A model generated the notes under the pieces. That model was not told the origin of the DNA. It made no database searches and worked only from the letters and a program-made list of their open reading frames with translations. Shown piece after piece: positions 31,862-44,889 of a DNA stretch of 55,480 bases; positions within the stretch are counted from its first letter, which is position 1, and each line of letters opens with the position of its first letter. A program made the position numbers and the translations under genes. Source of the DNA: Craspedostauros australis (Eukaryota); NCBI GenBank assembly GCA_030167865.1, contig JALAGF010005425.1, positions 1 to 55,480 of the forward strand. The letters are read 5' to 3'.

Positions 31862-33211
31862 ATTGAAGGATGCAGTGTGAGACCATAGCATTATGCAGAC
31901 CTTGGTCATTTCACTTGCATGCCGTCGCACAGGTGGTACGACTACGCCATGCATCATCATCCCTTCGATAATCGCTCAGTTCATGCGTGTGCAATGCTGG
32001 CAGTGCGGCTCGTTCCTTGCAAGTACCTTCACATGGGAAGTAGAGTCATCTGCGGATATTGGCGCTCACCTCCATCATCGTCTTCATCATAAAATACACA
32101 AGAGTGGTCAACGTTGACTTCTTGGTACATGCAATTGGCGCTCACCCTTGGGTCATCCGCTTGCTTCAATATCCAATGCATCGGAGATTGTTGGTTGCGT
32201 TGAGCGCCATGCGCAATTGCGTTCCAAAGTATCTCGAATTGGAAGGCATACAGCATACCGAAGTCGATTTGTCTTGCCGTAAGTGATCGTTCCAAGAGGA
32301 GATACCCTTGCATTTTGACTCCGAAATGACGCAATGGTGCCGTGTTTGCATTGGCTTCCGAGTTGTACATGTTACTTGATGTTGCTTGTGCAGAGATGAT
32401 TCGCGTGCTATCATATTCCGCTCGATATCTGTCTCGAGCTGCCGTGTGTTGGCGGAATAGCGTGAACTTTCAACGTTTGGGGAGGAACGATTCTTGCGTG
32501 GATTCGCTCGCCATCCTTGACATGGGTGCCAATGACTGCTCATCTCAATGCTGATGGTTGATTGATATCCACGCAGTGCCGAGACCCTCCCGCCATTTCT
32601 CTGAAGGGGTACTTTGATGGTCGACAGAGCGAGGCGGTGTGAGACGTCGTTGAGTACTGGTACAGCATTGGATGCATGCCTGCTTGGCCCGGAACTGATG
32701 ATCCCGCCTTCCACGCCGCGGCATCTTCAACAAACACGCTGGCGAAACCACATCGCGTGTAGCCTTTGACTTGAGACCGTTGCATGATTTCCCACCATCT
32801 TCAAAAGCAGTCGTCGGCGTGAGGGATGTGATTCATCGTCAGAATGAGTATGGTGCTATGACTCCTCCACCAACTTTTCATCTCCGCCATGGTCTCTACC
32901 ACCACAACACGAGCATGCGTCTGATGGAGATGTCATCGTTTTGTGTTGTTGATGGCATCCGTGACTCGCAGTCACGCCAACCACCCATTTTCTGTTTTTC
33001 GATTGATCTGTGGTTGTCGCAACGGATACTCGCACAAATGGCGACACCAACAGAAGGCCACAGGTCGGTTCCCAATCAGCACAAGTCGGCAGCAAGGACG
33101 AGGTGGATGAGAGCAGTAAAGCAAGGCAAAGCAACATCGTCAACCCTGTGAGCCCCACGTATTTGCCATCGAAGCTTACTCGAGTTATCGCGGCCGTGAA
33201 ATCGCAAGAGC

Positions 33212-34540
33212 ATGATGAAAGGAGCAGCCTCCAAGCAATCGGGCGGCAACAAGAAACGGCGCAAGAAGGATGGATCGGGTTCTGCCTCCAGCATCAAAGC
33301 GAGGAAGCGATCGAAGGACGCTGCAAAGATCAAAGTCAAAGGCAAGGGGGCTGATGGTGGAGGTCCATCCACGCCGACGTCGCGATCGAGATCGTTGTTG
33401 GATTCAACATCCGCCTCGCAACCGCCAGCCATGATAGGACAATGCCCGAACGTGTCGCACAGATACCAAAAGGTGGGAAGGGTTGGCCAAGGCACGTACG
33501 GTGTTGTCTACAAGGCGAGGGACAAGATCAGCAATCAGCATGTTGCACTGAAGCGTTGCATACCCCACCACGAATCCAGCGATGGCTTCCCGTTGACCAC
33601 GCTACGTGAAATCCACGCGTTGCGCGTCTGCGCACAGCATCCCAACATCATTCGGTTGCTGCATGTCGCCGTCTCGCAGGGCGGCGATGACAACGCCGCA
33701 TCATCCAACAAACGAGGTGCCCAGCCGAAAAGCGGCGCCATCGGCGGCACGTTCCTCGCCTTCGAGTACTGCCCGCACGACATTGCCAACATCATCGATC
33801 GGCATCATCAGCGCACCAAGTCGTCGCCGTTTGCCGTTCCGCAAGTGAAACGATTGCTGCATCAATTGCTGTCGGCCGTGCAGCACTGTCATGACCGTTG
33901 CATCATCCATCGCGACATCAAAATGGCGAATCTGTTGTACAGCACAACGGGCGACTTGAAGTTGGCGGACTTTGGTTTGGCGCGCCAATGGCCGACTGGG
34001 CGAGTTGTTGCCGTGGATGATACCGCGATGTCCAAACAAAGACATCCAACAGTTGAACATCGACTGTTGACGCCCAACGTCGTGAGTTTGTGGTACCGAC
34101 CACCGGAGCTGTTGTTGCAGGATCCGTACTACGCGCAACGCTACACCTGCGCCGTTGATCTGTGGGCCGTAGGGTGCGTCTTTGCGGAGCTGTTGGATGG
34201 ATTTCCACTTTTGAGTGGAAAGGACGAGGAAGAACAAGTGCGCAAGATTATTCGATACTTGGGCAATCCGCCCACAACAACGGCTACGCCATTCTTTCCA
34301 CTGCGCAAAGATGCCGCGACGCAGGGTAACGGCGGGCGGAATGACAAGATGGTGGACAACAGTGGCAGTCGGCACGCCTTGCTTGATCGATACTGCGATT
34401 TGACGGCGGAAGGTTTGCTACTGTTGACCAATTTGATTCATTACGATCCAAAGACACGATGGACTGCCAAGCAATCGTTGGCTTGTTCATTCTTTCGAGA
34501 GGATCCCAAGATGGCAACGAAAATGCCAGAGTTTGCGTGA
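33212..34540 (+). CDS. CDK10: Cyclin-dependent kinase, CDK10/CDK11 subfamily, 442 aa
   Basis: GQGTYGVVYKA, VALK, DGFPLTTLREI (PITSLRE/PISSLRE-like), HRDIKMANLL, DFGLAR, LTPNVVSLWYRPPELL and DLWAVGC. The pre-kinase GQCPNV resembles the GxCRSV of CDK10/11; the exact ortholog is uncertain. Confidence 0.9.
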   Translation: MMKGAASKQSGGNKKRRKKDGSGSASSIKARKRSKDAAKIKVKGKGADGGGPSTPTSRSRSLLDSTSASQPPAMIGQCPNVSHRYQKVGRVGQGTYGVVYKARDKISNQHVALKRCIPHHESSDGFPLTTLREIHALRVCAQHPNIIRLLHVAVSQGGDDNAASSNKRGAQPKSGAIGGTFLAFEYCPHDIANIIDRHHQRTKSSPFAVPQVKRLLHQLLSAVQHCHDRCIIHRDIKMANLLYSTTGDLKLADFGLARQWPTGRVVAVDDTAMSKQRHPTVEHRLLTPNVVSLWYRPPELLLQDPYYAQRYTCAVDLWAVGCVFAELLDGFPLLSGKDEEEQVRKIIRYLGNPPTTTATPFFPLRKDAATQGNGGRNDKMVDNSGSRHALLDRYCDLTAEGLLLLTNLIHYDPKTRWTAKQSLACSFFREDPKMATKMPEFA

Positions 34541-35126
34541 TTCCAATGGCGATCCAATCGTCGTTGGTTGTCGTTTGGCATGCAGTCTGGTCGCAGTCTG
34601 ACATGGAGTTATGTTGTATTTTACAGCAGATCGGTGCATTACTCTACTCTAATACAATAGATTGCGCTGTTTCTTTTGTTCGACTTTCTGCACGTCGTTG
34701 CTTTGTGTCAAGGCAACAACCAATGAGAGGCCATGTTCACATCATTTCTATCTCCAGAAATAATGAGGCATCTCTTGTTTCTGCCTGCATGTCGCAAGGA
34801 TTTCGATCGTGTTGCATCGTGTATCGACTATTCGTACAAGGCAGACACCGAATTAAGTGCTGCGGTACCATACTCCAACCTGCTTCGTGCGCCCAAAGCC
34901 ATGCATACGGTGTGGAATCGGTCCTTCTTGGCGGCCGTTCCCTCTTCACTGTTGTTCACGTGAGTTTGCATTTGCATTTGCAACCAATCCTTGCAAAAAC
35001 ATGGCATTGCAATTCATTGCTTCTCCAACGTCGGCGCCATTGGCAATGTCACCTGAATGTGAATCCCTTCACATAGCATTCCTCCACACAGCATTGCTCT
35101 GAATGCATGATATCCTCTTGGATGCC

Positions 35127-35612
35127 TTACTTCTCGTTGTTGGCGGCATCCTTGTCATTGTCATTATCATCATCACCAGGCTCCTTGCCTTCCACGATGA
35201 TGAACTGCTTGAGGTCTTCCCAGAGCCTGAGTCGTTCCTCGCCCTCCAAGGCCCCATCCAACTTGCCCGACCGCTCCTGACCATCGCTGGCGAACCACAG
35301 ATGCGACACGTGCGTCTCGCCATCATCGAGCGGCAGGGCGTGGTTGTCAACGATATGGATCGGCGGACCGGCCGTGAGCAACCGCTTGAGCTCGGCCTGA
35401 CAATCCGTCGTCTTGACGCGCTCCACGAAGGAATGGAACTGCGTCTTGAGCAGCTCCTCCACCACGGACTGCTCGTAGGTGCAGGGCTTCCACTTGCCGG
35501 AGGGTTGCGTTCGGTATTCGACGTAGTTGTCCGGTGTGATGTCCTCCATGGTGCACAGGCACATCATGCCTTCTGTTGGTTGGCCGTGTGATTGCGAGTC
35601 GTCCGATGCCAT
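35127..35612 (-). CDS. Conserved-looking hypothetical protein, 161 aa
   Basis: ATG 35612 follows an AC-rich leader. Strong GC3 bias and globular composition (CLCTMEDI...NYVEY...DCQAELKRLLTAGPP). Confidence 0.8.
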   Translation of the reverse strand: MASDDSQSHGQPTEGMMCLCTMEDITPDNYVEYRTQPSGKWKPCTYEQSVVEELLKTQFHSFVERVKTTDCQAELKRLLTAGPPIHIVDNHALPLDDGETHVSHLWFASDGQERSGKLDGALEGEERLRLWEDLKQFIIVEGKEPGDDDNDNDKDAANNEK

Positions 35613-36235
35613 CTTGTTTGTATTGCTGTGTTTCTGTTGCGATTGGCGCTGATCTCTCTCTCTCTCTTCTGTATCTCCTGTCTCTCCTGTCTCTTTCAAT
35701 GTCTTCTTTGGTTGCCTGAGGAACTTGTGTCGTCTTCGTCTTTGCTTCAGTTCTATGAGATGAGGTCATCGGCCATCGTCAGCAGCCATCACAAAGTTTC
35801 CTCTGTTTCTCCTCGCGCATTTCTCACCAATGACTTCCCGCGCAGTTTCTCCTTCGTGTTCGATGGACTTCTTCGACCATGAATCTTGTTTGTCGTTGGA
35901 CTTGATCGACTCGAATGTGCGTTGGAAAGTTCGGGGTGTCGATTTGGCGCCAAAAAAGGATACCCTTCTGTCGGATGCGACACACACGCTTCCACGCACT
36001 CGTTTTCTTGGTGGTGTGAAAGTGCGGTAATGCATGGTACGAGTATGCAACACTTGGCGCCAAAGGTGCGGGGTTGCCAAAGGATCGTTGAAAAGGAGAG
36101 ACGACATAATCTGTTCCAACGGACGGCCGCTGTTTCAGAGGCGCGCAAATCCACGTTCGTACGCAAGGGTGCATACACATCATCAGTCATCGACGCCAGC
36201 ACTGATACTCACACTCGCAGCAGACAGCGAGGATC

Positions 36236-39200
36236 ATGGCGCGCTTCAAGCAGAACAAGCGTGGAGCTCCACGATCACGCAGCGGGCGAGCAAGAGCAGT
36301 GGCGACTGACGACGTGACGCAACAGCGCGATGCTGGTTCTCGGCCGATCATCCATGAATCGGTCATTCAGGCAACGGAAGCAGTGGCGCGCAATCCCGCC
36401 AAGACATCGCCATCGTCTCGACTGTCCTTGTCTGACATGGAGACCGCAGCAGATCAACGGCGCGCTGGCGAACGAGATGCCGATGAGAAGCCTCCATGCC
36501 AACGCCCGATCTCAAAACGGAAGCCGGCGAAGTCACGAGCAAGAATGAGAACTGCAGCTCCATCACCACCAAGAACGCGCAGAGCAGCAACAACTGGAAC
36601 TCGAACATCGGCGAATCCACAGCCACACACAAAGGCCCTCTCATCGAAGCGACGCACCAAGTCGCAGCGATCTTCTTCGCCATCGATCCATCACGATGGC
36701 GGCGTCCCTCTCGCATCTGCGGTGAACGGCAACAACAAGAGGAGCAACAGCGTCAGTCGCTCCAGCAAGAAAAAGCGCGCCAAGATAGCCAAGACCAGAG
36801 TACCAATAGCAGCATGTGCTGACACTGGCGTCGCCGATGAAAGTACCGACCGGGTCGTCACGCCCACTATCTTCGAAGGCGATGGTCCAACAAGCCGCGC
36901 CGCGTCAGCAGACCGTCGGAGCCTCCAACGAAGCCCAACTCCCCGGTCCACGTCGCCACTGCGACTCCCGGGTCCTCAAGAAGAAGCACAGCCGCCGCCT
37001 CCTCCTGCCGCCCATCGCAAACGGCCCGCGTCGAACATCGCATCGCATCAGCTCACGGAACGAGAGCAGCTTCGAACCATCCTTCAGAACCAACCGTCGG
37101 TCACGTTCCATGTCACCCCGGAAATGCCGTACCTCGCATGGATGGAGGGATACATCCCCAGCGACGATGTGCACCAACCTCCAGACCACGGCAAGCCAAA
37201 GTCGAGCCGCCTCTGGGACGTTTGGCGCCGGCTGTCCCACACTCGCAGCGACAAGGACGATGACGATCTCATGGACACGCTGTTTCCAGCTGCCGCCTTC
37301 TCTGTGGAGATGCCGCCGGACAAGGCGCTGTGCGGCGCATGGACCATCTCTCTGCACGCCGACGACGACAAACGTCGCGACTTTGAGACGCCGGTGCAAC
37401 GCTTCTGCGTGCGCCACGAACGCTACCAGCATCTCGGACCTGATTTGCTCGCATGCAGCGACCTTTCCATCCAATGCTTCGAACCATCACGGCAGCGGTC
37501 CTTTGCGTTGCACGACGCGCAAACTTCCGATAAAACCTACAGCGATGCAGACGACAGCATCAAGATTGGTGCATTGTCGATCCTCGCGTTCGCCGGTACC
37601 ATGAGTCAACTCAACGGCGCCGAACATCGGCAATGGAGAAATGATCGCAACAGCGATATCGTCATGTCGATCGTCTGCGGCGTCGGAAATGAACGATGCG
37701 ATAGTGACAAACGATGTCTATTTCCAGTGTTCGAATATGCCGAAGACGACATCGAGCCGATCAAACGAGGCCCGGAACTTGAACGATGCACCGACGAAGT
37801 CCGGACGGAGTGCACCGGCGCCTCATTCCTTTGCGATCTGCCATCCAACAAGGACTATCAAATCTGGATTGCGCAAGACGAAACCGCGAAGTCATGCGCT
37901 GACGATCTCGTGGCTCCGATCGTTGCATTTGATGGTACGTCATCGTGCGTTTCTATTCGTTCGGGGGTGTGGTTGTGATTACTTGTGCATGCAAACACCC
38001 ACTCATCAATCCAGATCTATCATACCAGCCAATGTTCTCATCTTTCCATGTCTGTCTCGTCCTCCGTCTGATCTTGTTCACAGTCATCTTTCCGTCTTCC
38101 CAATCGTCGTGGGGGACAAAAGCATCCGCATACAAGAGCTGCGACGCAATCCAGCAGCTGTCGCCATCGCCAATGCTGACGCACGAACTATTGAAACAGC
38201 ATCACAAGAGCTTCGGCGATTGCGACATCGCTGCAAGATCAGCAAGACGACTGCTGCGTGCCATGGTGGTGGAACAATGCTACGACATCGTCAAGAAGGC
38301 CGTCGCAGACGAACGGTCGCTTATGGAGTCGCACGAGCAGCAACTCCACGATTTCGGGAAACGGGGATCAAGCAATGGTCCGCCACAAGATCAAGCAGCA
38401 TCTCCTACACCGCCACGCTCCTGGATCCACAACGTATGCGACACTGTGCGCTCAATGCAAGATGCGGCGAATCCTTCACGCCGACCGCTCAACGTGTCCG
38501 TAAATAGTCGCGATGGAGAACAAAAAATGCAAGCGAAGAGACATCGCACCGACGCGACGACAGAAGCAGATGATCAATCTGCGGACCGTGACGAAACGAT
38601 GAATCCAAACACAGCAGCAAGTGGTGGGGATGGTCCATCCTACAGTCTATTGGACCATCCGCCCGATGTGGATACATCCATTGACGATGATACAGCCTCT
38701 GCAGCTTGCGCCAACGATGCTGACAACGGTCAACCGAAGTATGTGCCTCCTAATACCCAGCCAAGTGGCCAACGGATCAATGGTCTTCAAGCGCCTGTGC
38801 CGGTATCGACACTCATGCAGGTTGGCAACCTGGAACTTCAGGGACCCATCGCTCCGCTTGATCTATTTGCTCCAATCACTCCACACACCTGCAACATGAA
38901 GATCAATGCCAGCGGGAATGGTCAGGAGCACCATCGGCCTCCGTTCGTCCCTGTGGATTGTGGGTCGCTGGCTCGTGGGTGGCAGCATCGCGATTGCAAC
39001 GACGACCCAAATGGTCATGCATCCATACCCACGGCACCTAAAAGGGCGATGGAGTCTACTCACGATGCAAACTCGACTTCCAGCGGAGGAGTTCGTACTG
39101 TGCGCCATGCGGTCGACAGCCCACAGGTTCCGACTGCGAACGACAAGATGGTTTCAGCATCGCAGTCAACACCGGAAAACCCCTCTCCCTTCACCTACGC

Positions 39201-40455
39201 CAAGATTACGCCTCCACAGGAACCTTCGCAGGCAAATGCTGAGAGCTTCGAGCACGAGAATGAAAATGATCAATATCCTCCTCTCAGACCTGTGCCAAGA
39301 CGACTCTATGCACAGGCATCCACGCCAACAGCAACAGCAACAACAGTCTTGCCTGCGGAGCAAGCTCGCAACAACCGACCGCGGCGGTCCGTTCCAGTCT
39401 GTGGAAATCAATACTTGCGAGGCACTGGTCATCATCGACAAGCATCGCGAAGTGGTCGCAGCAAACGCGTCGTCCGCAGTCTGGCTGTGGAGATGCTTGG
39501 ATCTGACCGGAGCAGCAGCAATGACAACAGCAGCACCATCGATTCGTTGGATTTGGAATGTCGACGACTGAGCCGAATGCGGGCCCGGATACTTCGCCAT
39601 CATCATGGCTCACTCGAAGAGCAACGCGCTCTGGTTCCGAGGAATGTGGGCATCGCGGAGACTTCGACACCTGTAGATGATTCATGCGACGAGGCATCAT
39701 CTGTCACAGCTCATGAGACGACTCGCGGCATCAAAAGACCCATGGCTGGAAATCACAATGGTGTCAACGTCGATATCGATGGTTCAGACGGTCACCAGGG
39801 CGATGCCATTGGTACCGATGCTGTGAGTGTAGATGCGAACTGTCATGCGGACGAGCATCCAAGCTGTGATCTATGCGCTGGTGAATGCGACTGCCACTTC
39901 GATGAACAAGAGCCACAGCCTCTCATTGAACATATCACCATGCTCGCAGCGATGGACGACAGTTCCATGCCTACCAGCTCATCACAAGGTCAAGATCCCT
40001 TGCTTTCCCAGTGCGAGGAGAGAGGTGAAGCCACCCGTATGGATGCCGTCGGGACCGAGACCTTCCAGCTCGTTGGCCCTGGCGATGCTGATCGATCGTT
40101 CTCCTCGACGGATTCGCTCGCTCGCGAGGCTTCAGCTCCGATCGTCGAGGAGATAGCTCTGGAAATGACCGTGCCACCAAGAAGCGGCACGAGCCAACCA
40201 TCGCCACTCGTGTTCCATCTCCATCTCTCCAAGGTGACGTTCATTCTATTGGCGCTCTTGATTCCGGTGGTGGATCATCTTGGGAACCATCCGTACGAGC
40301 ACGCACATTCTGGTACTTCACGTCTCACGCCCGGTGACACGCAGCTGAACCCAACAGGAATGGTGTGGAGCAGAGTGGCACAAGAAGATGGCCACATGCT
40401 TCAAGACGAAACGCAAAAGGAACTCGATCCAAAGGTGACGATTGTATGGCTATAA
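36236..40455 (+). CDS. Large hypothetical protein; join(36236..37934,38084..40455), possible extra in-frame intron 40234..40344
   Basis: Two long ORFs are joined in frame by the phase-1 intron G|GTACGT...TTCACAG|TC (37935..38083). Basic NLS-rich disordered N-terminus, folded middle region (~37080..38350) and disordered C-terminus. No family recognised. Confidence 0.72.
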
Positions 40456-41215
40456 CTCTATGGTACGAGTACGGTAGGTATGGCAGGTGTACTAAGCACC
40501 CTACCAGTACATACTCGTACGCGCTACAGCATGACACATTGGCGACGATACAGAAACAGGGAGAGGTTTCATAGTCGCATCCGCAGCGGCCGCAATACGT
40601 TCGCAGGTAGAGCATGATGCTCAAACTTGCGACACCTTCGACACGAGCGATCGTTCCGCGCGGTTCCAAAGGAATAAACTAATGGCAGCCCTATCAATCG
40701 AGAGTTGAGCGCTCCATGCGTGCTTGCGCATGCATTTCATTTTTAGTTTTATTTTCCAGTGTTTGAAATGGTAGTCATGATCTGGTACCAGTATGAGTAT
40801 GTATGGATGAATGCATGTATGCCTGCGTGTCGATGCTTTGCCTGCTTGTTTCAATGGGTAGGCAATGACGGGAGTGTCATACGCAAATCTGCCTCCGCCT
40901 CCTTGTTGCTCTTGGTTGATTCTGAACCCAGCCTATGTGTCTCTGAAGCACCCCTATTGGGTCGTGCTTCCTGGGCTGATGGCGGCCATGCTCGTAGATA
41001 CGAGCACCGTAGTGGCAGTAGGTTATGGTGCCTTTGCATGGACGTCATGGTGCCTATGTCCACCCACAGACAAGAGGCAGATGAAAGATGTTGGGGCGAG
41101 GGCAGAACCTGTTGGCGGCTGTCTGTGGAGCGGCTTGGCTTGCGCTGCCAGGTCGTCGATAGCGACGCAACAGCGGCCGTCTCACATGGCCCATGCTGCA
41201 TGGTAATTCCTGCTT

Positions 41216-43937
41216 TTATGGGAATATGTTGCAGTACTCATCAGCATAGGCATCCGTCACAAGTGGCAGATCCCAATTCTTGTCCCCGGTGTTCATGTCG
41301 GTGGACACCAAAATCCATTGTTTGTGTGTGATGATGTTGCCATCAATGACGAAGCTTCTCTGCTGCGAAAGCCAACGTCTGTCATAGCACTCGTCCGAGT
41401 GGCGTTCATGATAGATGTCGTAGAGAAAGACGATACCGGCATTGATACTGACGGAGAAGACAGCAAATCCTACTGCGACCTCGTAGCCGCCGTTGGGGAA
41501 ATACTTGTGCCTGATCAGCGGGATGATCAATATACCTTGCTCATCAGTCTCCCTCACGTAGCGCCAGGCCTTGTCATAACGAATCGCATCAGTCTTTTCA
41601 TATTGGCCATGATAAGTCCAAAGTTCCTTGGCGTTGTCAGGATCTTGCGCGTCGAAGAGGCTGAGTTTGATCCCATCTATGGAGCCATCCGTGGCATTAA
41701 CATGGCTGCCAATGCCAAGCACGATGGTGGAGGCATCGTTGATGGGGATCAAGAAGTCGGAAAAACCGGGAACATCCAGGGAACCCACGATGGTTGGATT
41801 CGTCGGCTCTGTCAGATCAAACACGTAGAAGGGATCGGTATATCGGAAGGTCACCGCGTAGGCTTTGTCCTTTCGGAACACGATCCCCGTGATGACTGCA
41901 CTCGCAGAGGGCAGCAAGCAGTCGGAAGATGAATGGCCCAAAGCACAAGAGCGGATAGGAATGTAACAGCAAGGAAATCGAGTTAGAAATATTCCTTGAC
42001 AAGTTTGGAAGGCAAGGACGTGGATTGATTGCACTCGGCAACAGCGCAAGCCCAATCGAATTCATCAAGCAAAGCACGCCAAGCGAAATGCACCAAGCAG
42101 GAGGAAGCAAGAAGCAGACAGAAGACGGCCACTTACGCTCGTTGGGCTTTCCGAACTTCACTGTGCCGACGACGTCCAGCGATTTGCCATCGTCGTCGTG
42201 GTCCTCGAGGATGAACATCTCGTTGATGACGTTCGATTCGCCATTGGTGGTTCTAAAATCATCCGCTGCGAAGCGTTCGGAGACAACGCGGAGCTGCCCA
42301 TCAACGTTATCGATCCAGTGCTTGTTGGGGATGGTTCCCAGAACCGATCCGTACTTTTCAGGCACGAGTTTGTCATCTTGAATCTTGTATCGACGAAGGG
42401 TAGTTGTTTTCTTCCGAACATGGATCTCGGGGAATTCCTCTGTGATGGCATTGGAAAGAATGAGATAATCCTTGGTGGCATACGGGATAGTCTCGGGCGA
42501 TGGAAGAAACTGCACCAACGTCTCGACATTCAAGCCGCTACTGGTATCAAGTTGTAGGGGCTTCATGTCGAATTTGGACATTCCAACCATATGGTTTGCG
42601 TATCCGCTACAGAATGCCGCATTGGTTGACTTTGCACCATTGGATGCTGACATGGTCGGAGCATCGAGTTTGACGATGTCAGGGAACACTCCGGGCGTTG
42701 TCTCGAGATCACGCAACAACTTTGTGACATGGCTGTCGACGAGTGTTGGTGCAAGTTCCTTGGCCTTTTCTGCGAAACGGTCGTCGTCCTCACCAAGTTC
42801 AAAATAGAGCTGGCTGATAGGTTGGATGAGGCCCGCCTCTCGATTAATCCCAGACGTGGTCACAATCACAGCTTCGGAGTCAATGGTGTACGCCGCGATG
42901 AGTCTTCCGTCCAGGTACTCCTCACCGATGTATGTGAGGATGTTGCTCTTGTCTACGTTGGTGAAATCGTTGGTTGAGTACAGTTTATCCAGACTGAAGA
43001 GCAGCACGCGAGTAGCTTTCTCATGACGCACGACCCGCGAGATGGGGGTTAATTCCCTGTCGCCAGTTCCGCTCAGGACGACAGCAATTGTGGTGTCCGA
43101 GAGGAGGATGCCGCTGTCAATGCCAGATTCGTCGAAGGGGTTGGATTCGATCCATTCGTCAGAAGCGCCAGCCAACAAGTCAATTTCGCCCACCATCTGA
43201 TTGGTATCAGCGCGAGCGATGATGAGTGTGTTGTATTGCACGATGAAGATAAACCTGCCATCAGACTTGTACATGTCTACCTCGTCAACGTGGTGCTCTT
43301 GATTGTTGGTGCCAAAGGAGTCGTCGCCATCGTCCACGGTGATTGTGGTTGTTGCTGCTTCGGATGGCGAGCTCCCAATGTTCCCTCCCCCACCACCGAC
43401 AGGGTGAAATGTAGAATCGTCCGGATCTCCATGCATCGGACCCATACAGTGAAGATTCCCAATCATGGATTGGATGTAGTTATCAGCGAAGAACTGAAAC
43501 ATGGTGGTGAGGTCGTCCTTGAGCTTGTCCATATCTTCGTAGATTTCGAAAGTGAGGGAGAGTTCGGCTGAATCTCCTGTGAAGACTTCATGTTCGTCAG
43601 ACGAGGGGCTTGGTCCGATGCTGCTTGCGGAAGAAGAGCTACGGCTAGGAACGCCAAACACGCAACCTAGAACCGTGGCGATGATCACCGCAATACCAAA
43701 GCATGCCAAGATGCATGCACGTTTCTTCATCGTCTTGAGCTTCGCTTCAACGGCTTGTGGCTTCTCGGTAGCCCCATCTGCACCGTCGGCCCTGGTGCTG
43801 GAGGTATCGGAGGTGTCATCAGAGGTGACGGTGCCTTCCTCGGGGTCGATGGTGGCTTTGCCATCGTCGTTCTCCACAGCGCTCTCTGGAGCGGTGTAGT
43901 CTTGTTTCTCACCCTTGTTGATGCTTTCGTCCACCAT
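41216..43937 (-). CDS. Type II membrane beta-propeller-domain protein (Beta_propel / COG4880-like); complement(join(41216..41895,42137..43937)), ~826 aa
   Basis: N-terminal TM helix. FGTNNQEHHVDEVDMYKSDG and AYAVTFRYTDPFYVFDL..PTNP.IVGSLDVPGFSDFL are family signatures. The phase-1 intron C|GTAAGT...TGCAG|TC (41896..42136) restores GKPNELITGIVF. Confidence 0.9.
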
Positions 43938-44889
43938 CGTTGACGTTGCTTGTACTCACAAGTGTGGGTGTGGTGCTTGTCTCCAGAGTTCTCGTTCTCG
44001 TTCTAGTTGTGCTGCTGTTGATGCTGGTGCAGCCGGCGTGGTGGATGTTCGTGCTTCTGTCGTTGTGGTGAGACAGAAGCTCTGCGTTCCGTCTGGTGAT
44101 GTTTGTTGGCTGTGATGGTTTGCTGAGATTGGATTTGTGAGGACAACAGAGAAGCAGCCGGTCGCTGGGGATTGGGCAAAGAGACATCACATGGCACAAC
44201 GTCGCAGAACATCATGGTTATCTCAAGTCGTGTTTCCTGTTCGGGTTTGTGCTATTTGCGCAACCAACAGACATTGTGGAGGCTGCGACGTGAAAGTCTT
44301 CTTTTGGTTGGCGTCTCGGTTTCTACCTCAACGAGGAATTCCTCCATCGCTCCAGAACAAATGTCAGAAGGAGGAAGCGTCGTCCTCGTCCCCTGTTGGT
44401 GCCGAAAACAGGCCAGCGCCTCTCTCCTGCTCGAGCGTTGGGGCTGCTCTGCACCACCATTCCCAACATCACCGTTGACACAGAGTCGTCGCTCCAACCG
44501 CGGAACTCCACCATGGCAATGATCGTTCTCGGTCTTCTTGTTGTTCTGTGCTTTCGTGATGCGGAAATGCGTTATTGATTTTGGATACTGTGCGCGTCTG
44601 GAATGTCAAACCACGACTTGACTCAGTCGAATGTTTGTGTGCTATCATGGGTCGTGTGTATTCGTGACCTAATGTGACGTCATCACGAGCGAAACGACAA
44701 CAACGAGTCCGAGAGTTTGAAACGGTCTTCGCAAACAGGTCATCATCGCAGCATCACCATCGCTGCTGTCACAATCCAAAGCCAGAGACCAGACACTCTC
44801 CCCCCAAGTGCAAACTGTCTGTCTCTCGTTCCCTCCAATAGTCGTACATGAAAGGCTCTGCTCTAGAGAGTTGCAGCATTGAGTGAGCG

